Below are positions 18,324 through 25,736 of a stretch of DNA of 64,000 nt, one piece after another. A program made the position numbers and the translations under genes. Every line of letters begins with the position of its first letter. Position 1 is the first letter of the stretch. Source of the DNA: an uncultured Lachnospiraceae bacterium (GTDB taxonomy: Bacteria; Bacillota; Clostridia; Lachnospirales; Lachnospiraceae); contig CAMEOT010000003.1 of the NCBI GenBank assembly GCA_945929965.1, forward strand, positions 6,670-70,669, read 5' to 3'. The notes under the pieces are model-generated. The model was given only the letters and a program-made list of their open reading frames with translations, did no database searches and was not told the DNA's origin.

Positions 18324-18352
18324 ATTATAACTTGAACAATAAGAGACGTCAA
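18324..18352 (-). promoter_or_regulatory. Consensus sigma-A promoter for the nuclease-like gene
   Basis: On the minus strand: TTGACG (18352-18347), a 17-nt spacer, TATAAT (18329-18324). Confidence 0.6.
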
Positions 18353-18611
18353 GGCGGAAAATATCAAATCTTTTTTTGAAAAGTGATTAAAATCCTTCAA
18401 AATAGTAAAAAATCAACGGGGTGAAAGGCACTATTTTTGAGAAAGGTATTTAAATCAGCAGAAAAATAAAAAAATTTGAAGATTTTAGTGATTTTTTTTA
18501 CTAAAACCGTTGTTTATATGATTATAAGAAAAAGCATGTCACGAAGAAACAAAATAAAAAAGGAGAAGCAGTTTAATGTCCCCCTGTGATGAGGATAAGC
18601 TTAAATGGAAG

Positions 18612-18659
18612 AAAAAAAACACCCGCAGCAGGGATTCTGCGAATCCCCTGCCGCGGGTG
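18612..18659 (-). terminator. Rho-independent terminator of the activase/dehydratase gene
   Basis: On the minus strand, CACCCGCGGCAGGGGATT pairs with AATCCCTGCTGCGGGTG (18620-18659) and is followed by T8 (plus-strand A run 18612-18619). Confidence 0.8.
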
Positions 18660-18729
18660 TAGCTTGCCTTATGACGGTGCTATCGACTGGGTAGGCTACT
18701 TTCTGCATGTACCTCGTAAGTGCCACATT

Positions 18730-18858
18730 CGGCAACGTGCCGCCAATATCGCATAGTCGTTATTTGCTATCACACATCCGGCACCGTGCCGTCAATATCG
18801 CATAGTCGTTATTTGCTATCACACATCCGGCAACGTGCCGCCATTACCGCCACATATC
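18730..18858. repeat. 49-bp tandem repeat, about 2.6 copies
   Basis: Units at 18730-18778 and 18779-18827 differ at 2 of 49 positions. A partial third unit covers 18828-18858. The array begins 14 nt beyond the stop codon of the minus-strand gene. Confidence 0.9.
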
Positions 18859-18871
18859 AAAAATAGTTTCT

Positions 18872-21800
18872 TTATTCCACACCCTCGCCCTTTTTCAGAT
18901 TCTTCTGGGCGGTGGAGAGCATAAGCTTGATTCGGTTGAGCTGGTTCACTTCGCTGGCACCGGGATCGTAGTCGATGGCCACGATGTTGGAGGAAGGATA
19001 AGCCTTCCGCAGGGCTTTGATAACGCCCTTGCCTACGACGTGGTTCGGCAGGCAGCCGAAGGGCTGGGTACATACGATGTTCGGTACGCCTTCCTTGATC
19101 AGCTCGACCATCTCACCGGTTAAGAACCACCCTTCACCGGTCTGGTTGCCGATGGATACGATGGGCTCCGCATAGGAGACGATCTTGTAGATGCTGGTGG
19201 GCGGATCAAAATGCTTACTTTCTTCAAATGCCTTCACGGCAGAACCGCGGAGGATATGCTCAATCGCCCAGATGCCCAGTGCAGAGATCTTCGCGGTCTT
19301 TTTGCTGGTGCCTAAGTGCTCTGCCTTGTAGATCTGGTTGTAGAAGCAGTACAGCATGAAGTCGATCAGGTCGGGAACTACAGCTTCCGCACCCTCACTC
19401 TCTAACAGCTCCACCAGGTGATTGTTGCCGGCAGGAGAGAACTTCACCAGGATCTCGCCGACCACGCCGACGCGGGGCTTCTTGATATCCAGTACCGGAA
19501 TCGCATCGAAATCACGGATGATCTCGGTACACATTCTGCGAAACTTGCCTATGCTGATATGCTTCGCAGATACGAAATCCTGTACCTTCTTAAGCCATTC
19601 TCTGTGCAGGGCATCTACGGAACCCGGAGTTGCTTCATAAGGACGCATCCGGTAGACACAACGCATGAAAATATCACCGAACTCAGCACCTACCGCAGCA
19701 CGTAGCATAAGATCTGCATTCAGATGGAAGCCGGGATTGCTCTCGATACCCGCCAGGTTCAGGGAGATGACAGGAATCTGCTCCATGTCTGCCTTCTTCA
19801 GGGCACGGCGGATGAAGCCGATATAGTTCGTCGCACGGCATCCGCCACCGGTCTGGCTCATGATAATAGCGGTCTTGTTCAGGTCATATTTGCCGGACAG
19901 CAGAGCTTCCATGATCTGTCCGACTACCAGCAGGGAAGGATAGCAGGCATCGTTGTTAACGTATTTCAGGCCTACATCCACGGAGTGCTTGTTGTCATTG
20001 TCCAATACGACGAAATTGTAACCGCAGGCATTGAACGCAGGCTGTAAGATCTCAAAGTGGAACGGGGACATCTGCGGACAGATGATGGTGTAGTCCTTAC
20101 GCATCTCTTCGGTGAACGGTACCTTCTCAATAGCGGAAGAACGGATGGTGCGGTGCTTGCCCAGTTTCTCACGGACACGGATCGCGGACAACAGGGAACG
20201 GATACGGATACGTGCCGCACCCAGGTTGTTGACTTCATCGATCTTTAAGCATGTGTAGATCTTGTCAGAGCCGGAGAGGATATCGTTCACCTGATCGGTG
20301 GTAACGGCATCCAGACCGCAGCCGAAGGAATTCAGTTGGATCAGATCCAGATTCTCTACCGTCTTCACATAGCTTGCAGCTGCATATAACCTGGAGTGAT
20401 ACATCCACTGGTCGGATACGATCAGGGGACGCTCCGGTTTTGCCAGATGGGAGATGGAATCCTCCGTCAGCACTGCCATATCGTAGGAGGTGATCAGCTC
20501 GGGAATACCGTGGTTGATCTCCGGGTCTACATGATAAGGACGACCAGCCAGCACGATACCGCGCTTGCCGGTCTGACGTAAGTATTCCAGCGTTTCTTCG
20601 CCCTTTTTCTCCACATCATGACGGGCATTCGCCAGCTCCTGCCAGCCCTTTTCGCAGGCTGCAGCAATCTCAGCAGCGGGAATCTCGGTGAATTCCTTCG
20701 TCAGTGCATCCGTTACTGTTCCCAAATCCCTGAAGGACATGAACGGATTGCGGAAGGTGATCTCACCGCCGGCAATTTCCTCCACGTTATTCTTGATATT
20801 CTCGGAATAAGAAGTAACGATGGGGCAGTTGTAATGGTTGTTCGCATCTTCGAACTCATTACGCTCATAGAACAGCGCAGGATAGAAGATGAACTTAATA
20901 CCCTGTCGGATCAGCCAGGTCACATGACCATGAGCCAGCTTTGCCGGGTAACACTCGGATTCACTGGGGATAGACTCAATACCGAGCTCGTAGATCTTGC
21001 GGTTGGAGCTGGGAGAGAGTACCACTCGGTAGCCCAGTTCGGTGAAGAACGTGAACCAGAAGGGATAATCCTCGTACATGTTCAGCACTCTGGGGATACC
21101 TACCACGCCTCTGGGAGCCTTGTCAGCGTCCAGGGATTCATAGGAGAATAATCTATGTAACTTGTATTCGTATAAGTTCGGTACATTATGGGCATTCTTC
21201 TGACCGCCGATACCACGTTCGCAACGGTTGCCGGAGATGAACTGACGGCCGCCGGAGAATTTGTTGATGGTCAGACGACAGTTGTTGGTACAACCCTTAC
21301 ATTTTGCCATACTGGTCTCGAACTGCAGGTCGCAGATCTTCTGATAATCCAGCATGGTGGTCACATAACCGTCCTCGTAATGCTCTCTGGCGATCAGCGC
21401 TGCACCGAAAGCACCCATGATACCGGCGATGTCGGGACGGATGGCCTGGCAGCCTGCAATTTTTTCAAAGCTGCGCAGAACGGCATCGTTGTAGAAGGTA
21501 CCGCCCTGTACCACGATATTTTTACCAAGCTCGGAAGCATCAGAGACTTTGATCACCTTAAATAAAGCATTCTTGATAACGGAGTAAGCAAGTCCTGCGG
21601 AGATATCCGCTACGGAAGCACCTTCCTTCTGTGCCTGTTTTACCTTGGAGTTCATGAATACAGTACAACGGGTACCCAGGTCGATGGGATGCTCTGCGAA
21701 CAGGGCAGCCTGAGCAAAATCCTGCACGGTGTAGTTCAGGGATTTCGCAAAGGTCTCGATAAAGGAACCGCAGCCGGAGGAACAAGCCTCATTTAACTGT

Positions 21801-23125
21801 ACGCTGTCTACGGTCTGATTCTTGATCTTGATGCACTTCATGTCCTGACCGCCGATGTCCAGGATACAGTCTACGCTGGGATCGAAGAAAGCAGCGGCAT
21901 AGTAATGTGCCACGGTCTCTACTTCGCCGTCATCTAACAGGAAAGCGGACTTCATCAGCGCTTCGCCGTAACCGGTGGAACAGGAGCGCACGATCTCCAC
22001 ACCCTCGGGCAGGAGAGAGTAGATCTCCTTCAGGGAACGGATCGCCGTCTTCAACGGACTTCCGTCATTGCCGGAGTAGAAGGAATATAACAGGGATCCG
22101 TCCTCGCCCACCAGTGCGATCTTCGTGGTGGTGGAACCGGCATCGATACCCAGGAATGCCTTGCCCTGATAGGACTGCAGATCACCGGTGGTTACATGAT
22201 GCTTACTGTGACGCTCTACGAACTCCTGGTAAGCAGCCTTGTCGGCGAACAGGGGCTCCATACGTTCCACTTCAAACTCCATCTTGATATCGGAAGACAG
22301 CTTCTTCACCATATCGGACAGGCTGATGCAGACATCTTCCTTCGCGTTCAGTGCGGAACCGATGGCTGCGAACAGATGGGAGTTGTCCACGTCGATGATG
22401 TGTTCGTCATCCAGATTTAACGTACGGATAAAAGCTTTCTTCAGCTCGGACAGGAAATGTAACGGTCCGCCTAAGAATGCAACATGACCGCGGATCGGCT
22501 TACCGCAGGCCAGACCGGAGATGGTCTGGTTCACCACTGCCTGGAAAATAGAAGCGGACAGGTCTTCCTTGGTGGCACCTTCGTTGATCAGGGGCTGGAT
22601 ATCGGTCTTGGCAAATACACCACAGCGGGCAGCAATGGTGTAGAGGGATTTATAATTTTTGGCATATTCGTTTAAGCCCGAAGCGTCCGTCTGGATCAGG
22701 CTTGCCATCTGGTCGATGAAGGAACCGGTACCGCCGGCGCAGATACCGTTCATACGCTGTTCCACGTTGCCGCCTTCGAAATAGATGATCTTCGCATCCT
22801 CACCGCCCAGCTCAATGGCAACGTCGGTCTTGGGAGCCAGTTCCTGCAGGGAAGTAGCCACGGCTACGACCTCCTGGGTAAAAGGAACGCCCAGATGATT
22901 GGCTAAAGTCAGTCCGCCGGAACCGGTGATCATAGGGTGCAGCTGCAGCTCACCTAACTGGTCGTATGCTTTCTTCAGAAGCCCGGACAGAGTCTCCCGG
23001 ATATTGGCGAAGTGACGCTCATAATCGGAAAATAAAATATTGTGTTCTTCGTCCAAAATAGCAATCTTGACAGTGGTAGAACCGATATCTATGCCGAGAG
23101 TTGCGTATTTTTCCTGTGAATTCAT
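18872..23125 (-). CDS. Fused BadF/BadG/BcrA/BcrD-type ATPase (two copies) plus 2-hydroxyacyl-CoA dehydratase-like domains (acyl-CoA dehydratase activase-related protein)
   Basis: Two actin-fold ATPase modules are present: [15 protein letters not shown]...[10 protein letters not shown] and [16 protein letters not shown]...[10 protein letters not shown]. They are followed by [27 protein letters not shown] and a dehydratase D-component-like C-terminal half. ATG 23125, 9 nt after GGAAGG, is preferred to 23134. Confidence 0.9.
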   Translation of the reverse strand: MNSQEKYATLGIDIGSTTVKIAILDEEHNILFSDYERHFANIRETLSGLLKKAYDQLGELQLHPMITGSGGLTLANHLGVPFTQEVVAVATSLQELAPKTDVAIELGGEDAKIIYFEGGNVEQRMNGICAGGTGSFIDQMASLIQTDASGLNEYAKNYKSLYTIAARCGVFAKTDIQPLINEGATKEDLSASIFQAVVNQTISGLACGKPIRGHVAFLGGPLHFLSELKKAFIRTLNLDDEHIIDVDNSHLFAAIGSALNAKEDVCISLSDMVKKLSSDIKMEFEVERMEPLFADKAAYQEFVERHSKHHVTTGDLQSYQGKAFLGIDAGSTTTKIALVGEDGSLLYSFYSGNDGSPLKTAIRSLKEIYSLLPEGVEIVRSCSTGYGEALMKSAFLLDDGEVETVAHYYAAAFFDPSVDCILDIGGQDMKCIKIKNQTVDSVQLNEACSSGCGSFIETFAKSLNYTVQDFAQAALFAEHPIDLGTRCTVFMNSKVKQAQKEGASVADISAGLAYSVIKNALFKVIKVSDASELGKNIVVQGGTFYNDAVLRSFEKIAGCQAIRPDIAGIMGAFGAALIAREHYEDGYVTTMLDYQKICDLQFETSMAKCKGCTNNCRLTINKFSGGRQFISGNRCERGIGGQKNAHNVPNLYEYKLHRLFSYESLDADKAPRGVVGIPRVLNMYEDYPFWFTFFTELGYRVVLSPSSNRKIYELGIESIPSESECYPAKLAHGHVTWLIRQGIKFIFYPALFYERNEFEDANNHYNCPIVTSYSENIKNNVEEIAGGEITFRNPFMSFRDLGTVTDALTKEFTEIPAAEIAAACEKGWQELANARHDVEKKGEETLEYLRQTGKRGIVLAGRPYHVDPEINHGIPELITSYDMAVLTEDSISHLAKPERPLIVSDQWMYHSRLYAAASYVKTVENLDLIQLNSFGCGLDAVTTDQVNDILSGSDKIYTCLKIDEVNNLGAARIRIRSLLSAIRVREKLGKHRTIRSSAIEKVPFTEEMRKDYTIICPQMSPFHFEILQPAFNACGYNFVVLDNDNKHSVDVGLKYVNNDACYPSLLVVGQIMEALLSGKYDLNKTAIIMSQTGGGCRATNYIGFIRRALKKADMEQIPVISLNLAGIESNPGFHLNADLMLRAAVGAEFGDIFMRCVYRMRPYEATPGSVDALHREWLKKVQDFVSAKHISIGKFRRMCTEIIRDFDAIPVLDIKKPRVGVVGEILVKFSPAGNNHLVELLESEGAEAVVPDLIDFMLYCFYNQIYKAEHLGTSKKTAKISALGIWAIEHILRGSAVKAFEESKHFDPPTSIYKIVSYAEPIVSIGNQTGEGWFLTGEMVELIKEGVPNIVCTQPFGCLPNHVVGKGVIKALRKAYPSSNIVAIDYDPGASEVNQLNRIKLMLSTAQKNLKKGEGVE

Positions 23126-23312
23126 GTAATACATCCTTCCTGAAATAAAACTAAATCTTCTTATTTAATGCAATTTTTTCATTAACAAAACATTCTCATT
23201 ATACGACAAAAAACGCTATAATGCAACGAAGAAAGCGCCATATAAGTTGTTAAAGTTTTGTAAAGAGTAACTTAAAATTTTCGGGAAAACTCTGAAAAAA
23301 GAGAACGCGCGG

Positions 23313-23341
23313 TTTACTTATTTCCCTGTGGATGTTACAAT
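23313..23341 (+). promoter_or_regulatory. Putative promoter
   Basis: TTTACT (23313-23318), a 17-nt spacer, TACAAT (23336-23341), upstream of ATG 23399. Confidence 0.4.
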
Positions 23342-23398
23342 CCCATATAGAGAAAAAACGAAATATCAATGCATCTATAGAAAGAGAGAACCGGATTT

Positions 23399-24259
23399 AT
23401 GAGTAAATTTGAAAAAAAATTCGGAAAGTATGCAATTCCGAATCTGACACTGATCCTTATCTTAAGTTATGTGGCAGGATATGTAATAGAACTGATGGGA
23501 AGTGCGGCAGGTGTGAATCTGCTGGGGTATCTGACACTGGATCCTTACCGGATCCTGCATGGGCAGATCTGGCGCCTGGTGACCTGGATCATTGTGCCTC
23601 CCAGCAGCCTTGATATTTTTACCATAATTATGCTGTACTTTTATTATAGCCTGGGTACCACATTGGAGCGCACCTGGGGAACCTACCGGTACAATGTCTA
23701 TATTTTCTCGGGAATCCTGTTCACTGTAGTCGGCAGTTTCCTGTGTATGGGCGTGGTGTATTTGATGTATGGCAGTCTGCCCGCAGAACTGGCATCCGTG
23801 TATTTTTATAACGGTTCCTATGCGTTCAGTACGTATTATATTAATCTGTCGATCTTCCTTGCTTTTGCGGCAACGTATCCGGATATGCAGGTGCTGCTGA
23901 TGTTCGTGATCCCCGTGAAGGTAAAATGGATGGGAATCCTGGATGCAGTCTTAATGCTGTACTACGTGATCGTCGGTGGTGTGTTCACCAGATTTGCGAT
24001 CATAGCATCTTTGCTTAATTTTGTGTTATACTTTTACAGAATGCACAAAAGCCGCATCTCGCCGAAGCAGATGCACCGCAGGGCGCAGTTTGAGAAAAAA
24101 TCAAATGCCGGACGGGCAAAAGCTACGAGACATAAATGTGCGATCTGCGGCAGGACGGAAGAGGACGATCCGAGCCTGGAGTTCCGTTTTTGCTCTAAAT
24201 GTAACGGTAACTACGAATATTGTCAGTATCATCTGTTTACGCACGAACACGTGAAATAA
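23399..24259 (+). CDS. Rhomboid-like polytopic membrane protein with C-terminal zinc-ribbon tail
   Basis: Six or seven hydrophobic helices. A rhomboid-type GQIWRLVTW motif follows helix 1. The C-terminus is HKCAICGRTEEDDPSLEFRFCSKCNGNYEYCQYHLFTHEH. No clear GxSG/His dyad is visible. Confidence 0.65.
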   Translation: MSKFEKKFGKYAIPNLTLILILSYVAGYVIELMGSAAGVNLLGYLTLDPYRILHGQIWRLVTWIIVPPSSLDIFTIIMLYFYYSLGTTLERTWGTYRYNVYIFSGILFTVVGSFLCMGVVYLMYGSLPAELASVYFYNGSYAFSTYYINLSIFLAFAATYPDMQVLLMFVIPVKVKWMGILDAVLMLYYVIVGGVFTRFAIIASLLNFVLYFYRMHKSRISPKQMHRRAQFEKKSNAGRAKATRHKCAICGRTEEDDPSLEFRFCSKCNGNYEYCQYHLFTHEHVK

Positions 24260-24262
24260 AGA

Positions 24263-24321
24263 TTTGCAATATCCGTTACGGCATGACTGCTCGCAGGCAA
24301 TGCCGTGCGGATATTAGCAAA
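24263..24321 (+). other. Compound stem-loop immediately after the stop codon
   Basis: TTTGCAATATCCG (24263-24275) pairs with CGGATATTAGCAAA (24308-24321) with a 1-nt bulge. Inner stem ACGGCAT (24278-24284) pairs with ATGCCGT (24300-24306). There is no U-tract. Confidence 0.55.
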
Positions 24322-24492
24322 TCGAACAGACATGAGCAAGAAGGACGATAGTCCGGATTGCGAATGGATGTACACTTTCGAGAGTGCGGAGCACGGAGAA
24401 AGTGTATTATTGTAAGAGGCAGACGTCATGAACACTCGCAGGCAATGCGCGGAGCACGGAGAAAGTGGATTATTTAAAAGGAGAATTTTTAT

Positions 24493-25245
24493 ATGAACAA
24501 AGAAGTATTATTTGCCAGGACCTTAGAGGAGGTCCGCAAGACCGCCAAGGAGCAGGGGAACTGCATCAGCGAAGAGCAGGTAAAGGAAGCCTTCGCGGAG
24601 CTTGACTTGAGTGGTGAACAATTACAGATGGTATTTGACTATCTGTTAAAACATAAAATAGGTATCGGACAGCCCATGGATCCCGACGAATTCCTGACGG
24701 ATGAGGAAAAGGATTATTTACAGGAATATCTGGATGAAGTGGCAGCTCTGCCTGCCTACACGGATGGAGAGAAACAGGCATTTTCCATCGCCGCCATGGC
24801 GGGGGAGACCGATGCCCAGCAGCGTCTGATCGAGATCTATCTGGCAGATGTGGCACAGATCGCGAAGCTTTACGCCGGACAGGGTGTCCTGTTAGAGGAT
24901 CTGATAGGCGAAGGGAACCTGGCGCTTTCCTTCGGAGTGACTATGTTAGGCAGTCTGGAGAAGCCGGAGGAAGTGGAGGGAATGCTTGGCAAGATGATCA
25001 TGGATGCCATGGAAGAGTACATTTCCGAGCACACAGAGAATTCTAAGATCGACAAGCGCGTGGAAGACAAGGTCAACAAGGTGGCGGACAAAGCGAGAGA
25101 ACTGGCGGAGGAGCTGAACCGCAAGGTGACCATAGAGGAACTGATGGAGGAGACCGGCATGTCCCGCAAAATGATCGAGGATGCGGTGCGGATGAGCGGT
25201 TTCAAGATTGAGGATATCGACAACAATGCAAAAGACAGTTTATGA
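24493..25245 (+). CDS. Degenerate sigma-70-like protein (regions 1.1, 1.2, 2.1-2.2 and 3.0-like; no region 4)
   Basis: 250 aa. LSGEQLQMVFDYLLKHKIGI resembles region 1.1. QQRLIEIYLADVAQIAKLYAGQGVLLEDLIGEGNLAL matches the region 2.1/2.2 pattern. The protein ends after a 3.0-like LNRKVTIEELMEETGMSRKMIEDAV. SD AAAGGAG is upstream. Confidence 0.7.
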   Translation: MNKEVLFARTLEEVRKTAKEQGNCISEEQVKEAFAELDLSGEQLQMVFDYLLKHKIGIGQPMDPDEFLTDEEKDYLQEYLDEVAALPAYTDGEKQAFSIAAMAGETDAQQRLIEIYLADVAQIAKLYAGQGVLLEDLIGEGNLALSFGVTMLGSLEKPEEVEGMLGKMIMDAMEEYISEHTENSKIDKRVEDKVNKVADKARELAEELNRKVTIEELMEETGMSRKMIEDAVRMSGFKIEDIDNNAKDSL

Positions 25246-25651
25246 GAATTATAAATACAGCCTGCAGGACACGGCAAAAGTCTACATAGGTGCAAAATAT
25301 ACTTTTGCAGAGCTTTTGGAGCAGGATGAGGTGGCGTTTAAATTCCGCCTGATCGTGGAACGCTATATTTTAGCGGAAAAGGAAGTGGATCCCGAGGATA
25401 CGCTGGAGACCCATCTGTATTATTTGAAGCCGGACAGCTTTCTGGTCAAGATCTACGACCGGATCAAGGCAAGAGTGAAGATCAATATCATCGAGGAGCA
25501 AAAAGGGATCTTCGGCAGAGGGAAGAAACGGTATGTGACGAAGGAGCTGAACATCCGGGAACTGACTGCCATGAGCCCGGAAGAAAAAGAGGCAAAGGGC
25601 GTCGTGATCCAGGAAATCTCCATGAGCAAGCTGGCACTGGCAGGCTTCTGA
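25226..25651 (+). CDS. Hypothetical protein, overlaps and is probably coupled to the sigma-like gene
   Basis: 141 aa from ATG 25226 (the track gives TTG 25208). It overlaps the upstream stop by 20 nt. No family was recognised. Confidence 0.55.
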   Translation: MQKTVYENYKYSLQDTAKVYIGAKYTFAELLEQDEVAFKFRLIVERYILAEKEVDPEDTLETHLYYLKPDSFLVKIYDRIKARVKINIIEEQKGIFGRGKKRYVTKELNIRELTAMSPEEKEAKGVVIQEISMSKLALAGF

Positions 25652-25736
25652 TAGATTAAGCTTCCCCACAGAAAACTACGCGGCTGCTTGCAGAGCGGAG
25701 AAATCGATTAAGCTAAAAAGTAGGAGACGTAAATAA

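Noticed and set aside
18576-18662. 28-codon ORF (MSPCDEDKLKWKKKNTRSRDSANPLPRV) with an AGGAG 10 nt upstream
   Set aside because: It runs straight through both arms of the strong minus-strand terminator. The SD spacing is long, and it is most likely fortuitous.
17246-18858. Possibility that the 15-bp or 49-bp repeats are CRISPR arrays
   Set aside because: Units are strictly head to tail with no unique spacers. The unit lengths and copy numbers do not fit, and no cas genes are in the window.
25654-25712. 9-bp direct repeat GATTAAGCT flanking the 25652-25736 intergenic region
   Set aside because: It is too short to distinguish from chance, and no associated structure or ORF is present.
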